From Octopus bimaculoides (Eukaryota), in assembly GCF_001194135.2 (NCBI RefSeq), contig NC_068985.1:23802845-23845247 (forward strand): a DNA stretch of 42,403 nt, in the 5' to 3' direction. The notes under the pieces were generated by a model. It had not been told where the DNA came from. It made no database searches and saw nothing but the letters and a program-made list of their open reading frames with translations. The position numbers were made by a program, and so were the translations under genes. Positions within the stretch are counted from its first letter, which is position 1. Every line of letters starts with the position of its first letter. This document shows positions 27,221 to 38,797 of the stretch, piece by piece.

Positions 27221-27303
27221 AACAGCGATGCGATATTCACGTTCGAATGCGCCAGATCATATTAAGAATGAATAGATACTTTATTGTTTGGATTCTCGCT
27301 GTT
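27221..27303. repeat. ~85-bp unit, copy 2
   Basis: See 26158-26242. Confidence 0.75.
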
Positions 27304-29246
27304 CTGCATGCAACCCATGAAACATGAATGAATTTTATACTAAAAGAAGAAGAAAAAAATGCAAGAATAAAAAAGACGTCAGCCTACACTACATCTATGA
27401 CGTAAAAAACACAGTAGAAAGGACGTAATGGAAGAGTTAGTCTTGCAATACTTATTTCCCTTGAAACTAATCAAAGACTATTTGCAGTGACGTACTACAT
27501 CAAATTTGTGACAATCTAAAGTATATTTATAAAAAAAAAAAAAACCGGATAAAATAAGGAAGACAAAAAGTGACAAAAACAAAAGGAAAAGATAAAAAGA
27601 AAGACGAAAACAACCATTTTCTCACGGAGACAGTTGACTGCCATACATTCTGAAGAAATTTTACGCTTAAAAATGATTGATGGGTGGCGTATTTTTTACA
27701 ATTTCTTCTGATATACTCGATATTACAAAATATATAAATATGTTTCTGGAGTGTATACGTCACTATGTATGAATGTATGCATATACACGCACACACACAC
27801 ATGCACACGTACACACACATATATATATACATGCATATATGCATTCATATATATCTGTGTGTGTATATGTATGTGTGTATATGTATATGTATGTCAGTTT
27901 TCTTGAGAATATATTGCTGATTTAAGATAATGTAGACGTCAGTTTAGCTCATAGTCGACAAGTGACATTTCACTGCACAACACTCTTACTTCCAGAGACA
28001 CAATAAATCATTAAGAATCTTATTCAGACTCAATAAATTGTAACAAATCACATTCAATGCGGATCCCGTTAGCTCTTGAAATACCATTTTGTTTCCTGAA
28101 AATTGACGAAGATAAAGACCTAAGTCTTTCATCATCTTAGCAGTCTATCTATAGTTTACGTTTTCCTTCTTTCTCGTTTCTGTTTTTATATCTTCCAACC
28201 GTTTTCTTTTATTTCGCACAGTTCAAAGTGAAAATCGAGTCGACGTATTCTGAGAAGTCTTACTATTAAGATGTAGATAGAAAAGGAACGATAGAAATAA
28301 AAACAGAGACAGTGATGCAGAGGAAAGAGGAATTAAGAAAAATACACGGGAAGAAGAAAAAAGTAAAGAAAGAAAGAGGAAGAAAGAAAGCTTTTCTCTC
28401 GCGATGCAATCTCAATTTATAGCGCGTTTAAGATGACATCGATAAAACTCCACCCAAACGGTCATCTGGATTGATAGCTGTCTTTAGTGGCATTAAGCAG
28501 GATTCCAAAGTGATTTCCCGCAGTCCTACGAAAGCTCGAAAAACTAATTTTCTCTTGTATTTGTTTGTTTGTTTATTTATTTGCTTTTCTTGCTATTTTT
28601 GTTCGTTCTTTGTCGTACTTTTACACTCTCTCTCATTCTACCCCTCTCTTTCTGTTTCTCTTCCTTTCTTTCACCTTGTCCCGCTTCTATCTCCGTATTT
28701 ATGTGTCCACTGATTTCCTCTGTTTCTACAGACACAAACACACACACACACACAAATACATATAAGTGTATGAATATATATATNNNNNNNNNNNNNNNNN
28801 NNNNNNNNNNNNNNNNNNNNNNNNNNNNNNNNNNNNNNNNNNNNNNNNNNNNNNNNNNNNNNNNNNNNNNNNNNNNNNNNNNNNNNNNNNNNNNNNNNNN
28901 NNNNNNNNNNNNNNNNNNNNNNNNNNNNNNNNNNNNNNNNNNNNNNNNNNNNNNNNNNNNNNNNNNNNNNNNNNNNNNNNNNNNNNNNNNNNNNNNNNNN
29001 NNNNNNNNNNNNNNNNNNNNNNNNNNNNNNNNNNNNNNNNNNNNNNNNNNNNNNNNNNNNNNNNNNNNNNNNNNNNNNNNNNNNNNNNNNNNNNNNNNNN
29101 NNNNNNNNNNNNNNNNNNNNNNNNNNNNNNNNNNNNNNNNNNNNNNNNNNNNNNNNNNNNNNNNNGTATTTAACTAATTTATTTTCGTGTTTCATGTTGT
29201 TTACTGTTGGTAACGTCCTGTACACATATATGCATCCATTTCCAAG

Positions 29247-29284
<38 letters not shown>

Positions 29285-29295
29285 TTATTTATGCG

Positions 29296-29349
29296 CTCTT
29301 TTAAAGCTTAGCCAGGCTCATGGACCCGGTTTCCCGGTTTGTATGGCGG
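29296..29349 (-). mobile_element. Probable family-D SINE 3' fragment
   Basis: ggacccggtttcccggtttgtatggcg resembles the reverse complement of the D tail (gccactaaaaccggccc at 23223-23239). Confidence 0.45.
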
Positions 29350-29397
29350 AAACTTTTATTAGCTTCTTGCTTCTACGTATCCTCATTGCCCTGCCCG

Positions 29398-29398
29398 C

Positions 29399-29454
<56 letters not shown>

Positions 29455-29455
29455 G

Positions 29456-29507
<52 letters not shown>

Positions 29508-29590
29508 CCTGTCTGTCTGTCTGTCCGTCCGTCCGTCCGTCCGTCCGTCCGTCCGTCTGTCCGTCTGTCTGTCTGTCTGTCTGTCTGTCT
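29398..29590. repeat. Compound (TATC)n(TGTC)n(CGTC)n(TGTC)n microsatellite
   Basis: Direct reading. Confidence 0.95.
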
Positions 29591-29831
29591 AGTTCCTTTT
29601 TTTTATTCGGTGAGTCTCAAAACAATCGATCATTCTAAATCTACCATGTAAAATACTAAATGTATACCGGCATAAGATGGCTGAATCGATGCACGGAGCA
29701 AAGACATTTTGTGTTACTTTGTTCTGCCTCAGTGTCTACGCCTTACGCTTCGCTTACTTTACTTTTCTCACAAGATACTATTCAAAATACATTAACAAAA
29801 TTTAAACTACTGGTGTCGGTGAAATCTATAA

Positions 29832-30423
29832 AAATCCCTTAGAAATGATGCCTCCAGCATGACAAAAAAGATATTCTTCGATATCTACGTATTCCTAGGT
29901 GGACATATACATTAAAAATTAACTTGTCCTCTGAAACGACGCATAGAATGTCAGTGAAAGAATGGTTTAAAATTTTGGCACAAGGCCATCAGTTTTAGGA
30001 GAGGGTTAAGTCAGTTAGTCCTCTCTCATTTTATGTAATTGTAGAGTCCTTTTTGAATGTCCGTTAGCTAACCAGTGCCTTACAAAGAGTATAATTCATA
30101 AGGGAACTGAAACCACTAAGGCAGAAACTTTTCATTATATAGCGGTCACAAGGCGACGAGCTAGTAGAATCGTTAGCACACTGCTTAAGATGATTAGCGA
30201 AATTGTTTCAAATCCTTTGAAAATGATGCTTCCAGCATAGCTACACACCAAATAACTAACACCAAGCAGCCAGACAATAAGAATATTCTTCGATATCTAC
30301 ATATTCCTAGGTGGACTTATACACTAAGAATTAGCTTGTCCGCTGAAACGACGCATACAATGTCAGTAAAAGATTATGTTAAATTTTGGTGCAAGGCTAT
30401 CAGTTTTAGGAGAGGGTTAAGTC
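29832..30423 (+). repeat. Local direct duplication: 29832-30012 and 30210-30423
   Basis: Shared atattcttcgatatctac.tattcctaggtggac...cagttttaggagagggttaagtc; copy 2 has ~40 extra bp. Confidence 0.9.
30150..30208 (+). mobile_element. Family-B SINE head fragment
   Basis: aaggcgacgagctagtagaatcgttagcacactg. Confidence 0.7.
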
Positions 30424-30563
30424 GATTATATCGACTCCAATATTTGATTGGTACTTAAGGATGAAAGGCAAAGATTACCACGGCAGAACTTGAACTCAGA
30501 ATGAAAGGAACCTGCAAAAATACCATAACTTTGCCGACGCACTAACAGTTCTGCCATCTCGCT
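30379..30563 (-). mobile_element. Diverged family-B SINE monomer
   Basis: aagtcgattatatcgactcc...aggatgaaaggcaaag...ttgaactcagaa...ttctgccatctcgc. Confidence 0.85.
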
Positions 30564-30949
30564 GAAAAGACACAAACACTTAAACGCTCGGTTGGTCTGA
30601 GTGCTGGATCTTTAGAGCCTCGTATTTAATGATAGGAATTTCTGAGAGCTCTATCACCACGATCCAAATGGCTGATATGGTGTCGTGAAGAAGAACGCAA
30701 TAGCAAGATTTCATCGCCTGAGATCAACTGCGATCCCCGTGTCAAATAGAGATCTGGCACATGACTTCATTCTAACTATTTATATGTGTATTTATCTGTG
30801 TGCCGTGGTCGTCCGTCCATGCAGCAGGAATATCATTTCCCGTTCTCATTGCGTTAGAACCGAGTCGCTGTGTTAATCCTTTTTTTTTTTAACTTTTGGC
30901 TACGACACCGACCTGCTGTAGAAATTGTAGACGAAACTTACCATTCCAG

Positions 30950-31198
30950 TTAATGATGATGTTATCATCGCTGGTGATGATAACTGAAGAAGATAGTGAG
31001 GATAACTTTGAAGATAAGTAGGACTATGCTGCTGCTGATGATGATGATGATGTTGATGATGATGTTGATGATAACGAGAATGACGACGACGACGATGAAG
31101 AGGAAGGAGAAGGCATTGGCTACGATGACGGTGACGATGAGATTAGTGATGATGGCATTGATGAAGAGTAGGATAATAATGATGGTGTTGATGATGAC

Positions 31199-31279
<81 letters not shown>

Positions 31280-31456
31280 ATTGAAGACGTTGTTCCTGAT
31301 GACGGCGACGACAAGGACATTGATGACGACATTAATGAAAATTATGATAATGATGATGAAGATAATTATAAGGACAAGTTGATGATGATGGTGATAATGA
31401 TGAGGTGGAGGAGGAGAAGAATAGGAAGAATAAGAAGAGAAAGAAGAAGGGGGAGG
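30950..31456. repeat. (GAT)n-based low-complexity tract grading to (GAA/GAG)
   Basis: Direct reading. Confidence 0.9.
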
Positions 31457-31733
31457 NNNNNNNNNNNNNNNNNNNNNNNNNNNNNNNNNNNNNNNNNNNN
31501 NNNNNNNNNNNNNNNNNNNNNNNNNNNNNNNNNNNNNNNNNNNNNNNNNNNNNNNNNNNNNNNNNNNNNNNNNNNNNNNNNNNNNNNNNNNNNNNNNNNN
31601 NNNNNNNNNNNNNNNNNNNNNNNNNNNNNNNNNNNNNNNNNNNNNNNNNNNNNNNNNNNNNNNNNNNNNNNNNNNNNNNNNNNNNNNNNNNNNNNNNNNN
31701 NNNNNNNNNNNNNNNNNNNNNNNNNNNNNNNNN

Positions 31734-32030
31734 GACTGTCATGGTGGTGGTACCAACTACAATGTTGATGTTGATGATGATGATGATGGTGATAACGAAG
31801 ACATGACAACGACTGTCATGATGGTTGTACCAACTACAATGTTGATGTTGATGATGATGATGATGGTGATGACGAAGACATGACAACGACTGTCATGATG
31901 GTTGTACCAACTACAATGTTGATGTTGATGATGATGATGATGGTGATGACGAAGACATGACAACGACTGTTATGGCGGTGGTACCAACTACAATGTTGAT
32001 GATGATGATGATGATAATGATGATGATGAA
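31734..32030. repeat. 77-bp minisatellite, about 3.7 visible copies, adjoining a gap
   Basis: gactgt unit starts at 31734, 31811, 31888 and 31965. Confidence 0.95.
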
Positions 32031-32509
32031 CTATAACGTCAAGAACAACGAATGCCGTTATAACGACGACGATTACGGCAACGATATTAATAATGATGAA
32101 CGAGGATAACAACGGCAACGATTTGATGATGATGAGGGAAATGATGATGATGATGATGCTGACGACGACGACGACGACAATGATCAATCGATAATGGCGA
32201 ACGAGATGACGATGATCAGTCTAGTGTTTCAGAGGCCATAAACAAAAGTAAGCAAATGAAGCGAAATAGCAAGTCTCTAGCATCACTAAGTCCCGTAATC
32301 TGTAGCTATTCTCACAGCAATTTACTTCCTTTTTGGCTTCGTTCCCGCACCCTTAACAATAAATGGGAGTTTAATGGAGTTTTGGGATGTCTGTTCTGTT
32401 TAGAATGATTCATTCGCCAATGAAAAATCTGTCAAGTGGAGTCAACTTGTCTTCACTGCACTGATAAACGAATAGATTATTTGTCAGTGCTCGCTGTTGT
32501 TGCTGCTGT

Positions 32510-32555
<46 letters not shown>

Positions 32556-32704
32556 ATCACTGACGTTGTTGTTGTTGAAGGTGGTAGCAGTGCCGTTGGT
32601 TATAATTTCTGTTACAATGTAAATCTCTACTCTGTTGTTTGTCTTCGCAATGCTGAATGTGGTGAAGACAGCGGAGGGGATTCTGTTTTATGGTAGATAT
32701 AAAT

Positions 32705-32936
32705 TAGTGGTTCTCAACCATTCTTTTACCTATGGAGCTCTTTGGTCCCTATTTTTCTCTACTGGACCTTCATAGCCATTTGATGTTTTCAAAAAAAAAA
32801 ATCTATTATATTTCTATGATTAAATATGAATTGTATAAAATATTGTTAAAATCGTTTGTATTTTGTAGAAGTATAACTAAGTTACTGCACATAGATTTTA
32901 ACAACATCATATATGGACCCCAGTTGGAAATCACTG
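32705..32936 (+). mobile_element. Complete 232-bp hAT MITE
   Basis: TIRs tagtggttctcaacc / agttggaaatcactg; 8-bp TSD atataaat (32697-32704) / atatacat (32937-32944). Confidence 0.85.
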
Positions 32937-33034
32937 ATATACATAGTTTGTTATTATCGCTTAATCCCCGGTCGCTATGATCAAAGGCAGCCTAGCCATG
33001 ACCATCCGTCTCTTTTTCTTTCAGATATGACAAA

Positions 33035-33345
33035 TCCTCCGTCGGTTTCAACTAAGATTATTCAGTTGTTTACTCAAAAGAACATACGATATGGTTGAAT
33101 TGAATTAACGGGTAAGTGGCTGAGTATTGTAACGATACGTGTACCCTTAACGTAATTCCCAATCAGTGTGGTAATATATGACACGAGTGGACCTTTGAAA
33201 TACAGGTACGATCTAGACAACGGGCTTCTGCGCAGTTAAGGTGCCCATTGTATAGGTTTTACAATTTTTTATTTACCAAATTTCACTCACACAACTTGGG
33301 GTAACCCAAGACTATAACAAAATGCATCATAATGCCGTGCAGTAA
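33035..33345 (-). mobile_element. Old SINE with family-A head and family-C body/tail
   Basis: 33102-33209 resembles C (aagtggctgag, cgtgtacccttaacgtaattc, cctttgaaatacaggtac); 33217-33345 resembles A (acgggcttct, taccaaatttcactcac). Confidence 0.6.
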
Positions 33346-34734
33346 GATCAAATAAGCAGGCGTTCTTTATTTTTTGACATAGTTTATCTGGTACCGTATC
33401 ACCTAATGTGGTCATCTATTTTAAAGATAGTTTTGTGGTATTTTGGAGAGGTATGGCAAGTATTTCAAGTGATCAAGTAGAGCATCCTTTGTTAACATGT
33501 ACTGGCTTTCGTTGACTTTGTTAGGGATGTCTATTAACTTGTCTTTAACTGAATTTTTCAAACCTTTTCACACTTAATTACTCTCTCTTATACCAATGCA
33601 TTTTTCTTCTGTCGCTATTAGTCTCACGTAAGTTAAATAATCCTCCATTTAGCCACGTCCTTTAACTTCGACGTCCTTTTTAAATGGAGGCCATACAAGA
33701 TATACAAGACATCTATCTATGCCCGGGAAATGCAGACGATTCTTTCAATGAAGGTTGACAAACAATGCTGTTAAAATGACACTGAATGTAAAAACGTTAC
33801 TTGTTTCAACGAGTCCTGCTTCAATTGACTTCTCATAAACATCTTCCATTGAAAGGATCTTCCATAACTTCACTCACTATATAAAATTTATAATTATAAA
33901 TAATTTCTTCTTGTAGAATTCCAATATTCTTGACATCACTAAAATCCTATAAAAGAGAAACACCTCTTTCACGTCATAACAAAGAAATGCATCACACCTG
34001 ACCAGTTGTATTAACAGCTGGTCAAGAGTGATAATACCATAGAAAACTGTTCCTTTATGTACGATAGTCTTTCGGCTTCCAAAACCTTAGACCAAAGTCA
34101 AGACATATTCTTCACATCAATGTTCCAGTGCAGTAAATACACCATTCCTATTCTACTAAAATTACATCTACATTAATTCAGCTAATCCAATACAGTCACG
34201 TCATTGTAACTGCAGTAACATTCCTAAGTTACAAGACATGAGCTAAAAAGACTACTATGAAGCTGATACCTCCACATATTTTAAAGTCGTCCGCTGCAAT
34301 GCGCCACAAGGATACAGACAGAGACTAAAGCACGTAACCATTTCGAACAAAGAAAGTTTTATTGTTTATATTCTATTATTATACCTATCCAATAACCATG
34401 TTTACATTCAATATATGGACATGTATTCAATGAACAATCATAGCTTAATAATAAATTGAAAAACAAAACCAACAAACCAGCCAAGCGATCGACCGACTAT
34501 GCAACCCAACGAAAGATTGACTGAAGTATTGATAGACAATACTGCAAGCAGAAGAGCATCTCCCTACTACATTCCAACCATCAGTATGTGAAAAGATGCA
34601 GAAAACCACTTAATATTGATATTGCCGTATTAAAACAAACACGGACTGTCATGCTTGAAGAAGATCTTGCAATTCCTTAGAAGCAAACTAAAGTGATTTT
34701 AGACCAATGGGAATTCCTGGATACATTCACCATG

Positions 34735-34770
34735 TCTATCTATCTATCTATCTATCTATCTGTCTATCTG

Positions 34771-34830
<60 letters not shown>
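34735..34830. repeat. (TCTA)n microsatellite
   Basis: Direct reading. Confidence 0.95.
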
Positions 34831-35329
34831 CATAGACGCACAACATACACACTGGCATAAATATTAAATGTATAAAACGTACATAAACACTCATATATGT
34901 TTATAGGTATGTACGTATGTATGGATGTATGTATGCAAGTATTTATATACGTATGTGTGTATACCTTTATGTAAGTATGTATGTGTGTATACATGCACGT
35001 GAGCACGCATGCATGCATGTATGTGCAGTTTTTAATTTGTTTTAGTCATACTAGGACACCAATTTGATATATTCATACGTAAAGGTAGAGTTTGTTTTCG
35101 AAACTAGTTTTCGTAAAACAAAATCCAGACATATATATATATATATGCCGTTCCTGCCGTGACCGTCTCGAGTTTTATTGCAGCAAAATTTATTGAAGAA
35201 GACATTATCTAATGTGTAGTTCCTCTTTCCTTTTATCATACCGTAAGTATTGAAACTACAAGATAGAGGTACATTGTATAAACTTGACGATGGTTGTAGT
35301 AGAAATGGTGACGCTTACTTAGTGTGAGG

Positions 35330-35900
35330 TTCAGTGTGGTGGCGGAAGTGGTAGTATGGATGGTAGTGGTATTAACTGATGGTGTTGGTGGTGGTGATGG
35401 TGGTGTTGGTGGTGGTAGTATTGAATGTAGTGGTGGTGGTGGTGGTGGTGGTGGTGGTGGTGGTAGTGGAATTGACTGATGGTGGTGGTATGGAGTTGTG
35501 GTGGTGGTGATGGTGGTGGTGACATTGACTAGTGGTGGTATTGACTGGTGGTGATGGTGGTATTGGCTGGGGATGGTGATGGTGTATTGACTGCTGGCGG
35601 TAGAATTGAGTTGTCGTGGAGGTGAAATTGACTGATGGTGATGGTATTGAGTGGTGGTAGTAGTGGAATTAACTGGTGGTGGTGGAGTTGGAATTGACTG
35701 ATGGTGGTGGTGGTGTTGGAATTGACTGATGGTGGTGGTGTTGGAATTGACTGATGGTGGTGTTGGAATTGACTGGTGGTGGTGGTGGTGTTGGAATTGA
35801 CTGAAGGTGGTGGTGGTGGAATTGACTGGTGGTAGTGATATTGACTGGTGGTGGTGGTGGTAGTAGTTGTGGCGATGGTGGTAGCGATGGTCGTCGTCGT
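35330..35900. repeat. (GGT)n-based minisatellite punctuated by GGAATTGACT(GAT), variable unit length
   Basis: attgact recurs more than ten times, separated by GGT runs. Confidence 0.9.
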
Positions 35901-36540
35901 AGTAAAAGCAGAGAACCACGAGAAGTATTAACAAGCCGTGATTGATGCAGCTTCAACAAACTGAACTTTGAAACATGGGGCTGCCTGCAATATAAGCTGC
36001 ATGACTGCACTTCACTCAGCAAACTGCAGTCTTTATTGCTGCTGTCAGAACATGCGATATTTGCTGCAATCCGTTTTATTGCAGCAGTTTCAGCTGTAGT
36101 AATGGTGGCAATGTTATAGGGGTGTCTTGTAGAGGCAATGGAGGTGGTTGTGGAGCTTGTTGTAGTGGTGTTGTGAAGGTCGTTGTGAACGAAATGTTCG
36201 TTGAGGTTGTTGTTGTGGTGGTGGTAGTGGTGGTGGTAGTGGTGCTGTCGGTTGCAGTTGTAGCTCTAACGCTCGAGTACTTGGTGTAGCTGTGGTGGTG
36301 GTTGACGGATGGTGGAGGTGGGGACAGCTATTGTGGCGGCGGTGATGTTGGTTGGGGTGGTGGTGATAGTGATGGTTGTGGTGGTGTTGGTTGTGGTTAT
36401 TGTGATGGTTATAGCGGTGGTGGTTGTGGTGGTTATGGTGGCGGTGGTGGTGATTGTGATGGTTGTGGCAGTAGTGGTTGTGGTGGCGGTGGTGTAGCTT
36501 AAAGGTAGATAAGATGATTTCGATTAGTATTCTTTTATTT

Positions 36541-37096
36541 CGTTTATTCTTTTACTTGTTTCAATCATTTGACTGCGGCCATGCTGGAGCACCGCCTTAG
36601 AGGGTTTTCTTTTTGTAGAGGAAATCGACCCAAGGACTTATTCTTTGTAAGCCTAGTACTTACTTTATCGATCTCTTTTGCCGAACAGTTAAGTTACGTG
36701 CACGTAAACACACCAACATCAGTTGTCAAGCNNNNNNNNNNNNNNNNNNNNNNNNNNNNNNNNNNNNNNNNNNNNNNNNNNNNNNNNNNNNNNNNNNNNN
36801 NNNNNNNNNNNNNNNNNNNNNNNNNNNNNNNNNNNNNNNNNNNNNNNNNNNNNNNNNNNNNNNNNNNNNNNNNNNNNNNNNNNNNNNNNNNNNNNNNNNN
36901 NNNNNNNNNNNNNNNNNNNNNNNNNNNNNNNNNNNNNNNNNNNNNNNNNNNNNNNNNNNNNNNNNNNNNNNNNNNNNACACACGACGGGATTCTTTTAGT
37001 TTCCGTCTACCAAGTTCACTCACAAGGCTTTGGTCAGCCTGAGACTAGAGTAGAAGACATTTGCCCAAGGTACCAGGCAGTGGGACTGAACCCGGA
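36541..37096 (-). mobile_element. Family-A SINE spanning a gap; head lost upstream of the B-box
   Basis: cttttacttgtttcaatcatttgactgcggcc...(N)...gacgggattctt...gggactgaacccgga. Confidence 0.92.
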
Positions 37097-37242
37097 GTTC
37101 AAATACCAAGAGGTAAGCTTTATTTATCATAGTTTAGGGGTCGATAAATAAAGTACCAGTTGAGCACAAGGGTCTATGTAATTGACTAGTTCTCCCTCCC
37201 ACCGAAATTTAAAGCCTTCTTCCTATAGCAGAAAGGTATTTT
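37095..37242 (+). mobile_element. Family-B SINE starting at its B-box
   Basis: gagttcaaatacc...ggggtcgataaataaagtaccagtt...cctatagcagaaagg. Confidence 0.8.
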
Positions 37243-37315
37243 GCTTACCACTTAGTTGATTCTGCAACTCACAGGAAGAGACTAACAGAAGTACAACAAC
37301 GACATCATCACCATG

Positions 37316-37319
37316 ATGT

Positions 37320-37395
<76 letters not shown>
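37316..37395. repeat. (GAT)~25 microsatellite
   Basis: Direct reading. Confidence 0.97.
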
Positions 37396-37804
37396 CGTCA
37401 TCATTATCAAGAGCCATTACCAGAACCAGAACCAGAACTAGAAATAAGAGCCTCACCACCACCATTCCTAATACAACATAGCTACATTTATGGCCTGCCC
37501 TCTTCCATCACTCACTTCAAACTTCACCTTCACCCCTGACCTCTGAAGCCTAACTCTACGTCACACTCTTCCCCTCTTACCTATAAACTTCGTTTAACTG
37601 TAACATAACTCACGTCGATAAATGACGGCTTCTCAAAGATATCGCATGTAAATAGAGAATCCGGATGACAAGTGTATGTATGTATGTATGTATGTATGTA
37701 TGTATGTATGTATGTATGTATGTATGTGCTCATGCACGGATGTATATATGTATGTAGTGGTATCTATGGGCGTATATATATATGTGTGTGTATATATATA
37801 TAGA

Positions 37805-37978
37805 CCACTAAATTCAACACGTTTTTTGTCATTCTCTCTATTTCGTCTTATTCCTTTCTGTCGAAGAACGTAGGCTCGAAACGTAAAAGACTTTTCCATT
37901 TTTCCCGATAGTCAAACTAATATACTTGCTTGCTATTCCTACACCTGTCTTCGTCTTCGTTTTTCTATAAATTTGAAT

Positions 37979-37981
<3 letters not shown>
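37805..37981 (+). mobile_element. Putative Penelope-like terminal-repeat fragment ending in (TA)n
   Basis: Hammerhead-like motif, then ~96 nt of pyrimidine-rich sequence, then (TA)n; PLE assignment is inference, boundaries approximate. Confidence 0.55.
37854..37889 (+). ncRNA. Minimal type I hammerhead ribozyme-like motif HH1 (variant core)
   Basis: cttt-CTGTCGA-a-gaac-gtag-gctc-GAAA-CG-TA-aaag: stem I cttt/aaag, stem II 3 of 4 bp, palindromic stem III ACGT, GUA site; A6 is U. Confidence 0.6.
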
Positions 37982-38021
<40 letters not shown>

Positions 38022-38026
<5 letters not shown>

Positions 38027-38230
38027 AAACAAGAACAAGCAAGAAAAAGCAACAACGCGAGGACGTGGAACAAGTACTGCGTTATTGGATGCTCAGGTAA
38101 GGAAAGAAAAGGAAGAGGATTTCACGTTTCGAGCGGAGCTCTTCATCAGAAATATAGAAAAAGTCCAAAGAAGGGAAGACGGAGAAAGAAAATCGCCAAC
38201 GATACACACGCGGTCACATATTGAAATGAC
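38022..38230 (-). mobile_element. Second putative Penelope-like terminal-repeat fragment ending in the same (TA)n
   Basis: Same layout as 37805-37981 on the opposite strand; ~101 nt from the motif to (TA)n. Confidence 0.55.
38119..38153 (-). ncRNA. Minimal hammerhead motif HH2 (GUG at the cleavage site, probably inactive)
   Basis: Minus strand attt-CTGATGA-a-gagc-tcc-gctc-GAAA-CG-TG-aaat. Confidence 0.7.
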
Positions 38231-38660
38231 TGAAAAAGAATGGGTGAACAAAAAGTTCTTTCTAAGACAAGAGAGTGCAAGAGAAGGAGGTATCTGTGTG
38301 TATGGGTGGGTATGTGCGTGCGCAGGTCCGTGTGTGTGTGTGTAATGATAGCACGTGTATGTGTGTATGTGTGTGTGCGTGTGTGCGTGTGTGTGTGTGT
38401 GGTTGTGGCTGTTTATGTGTGTGTGTGGTTGGACGTAGCGTCACTTAAGGTCGTAGGAAGAATTTATAGTAAGAATTTTGGTAGGAGTGGCTGCCTGTAC
38501 ATATATGTACATTTAAATGTACATATATGTATTTATGTATTTATGTATTTATGTTTATGTATGTATATCTATATATGTTAAAGTATGCATATATATGTGG
38601 GTTTTTACGCTTTTTATATTTTTATATTTGGATGTTTTTAATTAACCTTATGAACTTTAT

Positions 38661-38797
38661 AAAATCTCTGAAGAGGCCTAGAGAATCATCCATGTACCTC
38701 TATTTCATCTATTTCATCTAGTAATTACTTCAGCCTACTGGAGTTATATAGATAGAATGAGGCATGTCACCCCTAGACTGAAACAGCTGTAAGTCAT
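38661..38797 (+). ncRNA. Hammerhead motif HH3 with long stem II
   Basis: CTGAAGA 38668-38674; ggcctag/ctagact closes a 105-nt arm; GAAA 38780-38783; palindromic CAGCTG; GUA site at 38789-38791; stem I only 2 bp. Confidence 0.65.

Noticed and set aside
30996-32187. Acidic / poly-Met / poly-His ORFs
   Set aside because: (GAT)n tract and a 77-bp unit that is not a multiple of 3
33400-33720. Possible LINE 3' end
   Set aside because: No motif I can support from the sequence alone
35236-35934. 232-aa His/Pro/Thr-rich ORF resembling a mucin or extensin
   Set aside because: Arises from a GGT-based minisatellite with units of variable length; no non-repetitive coding flank or splice support
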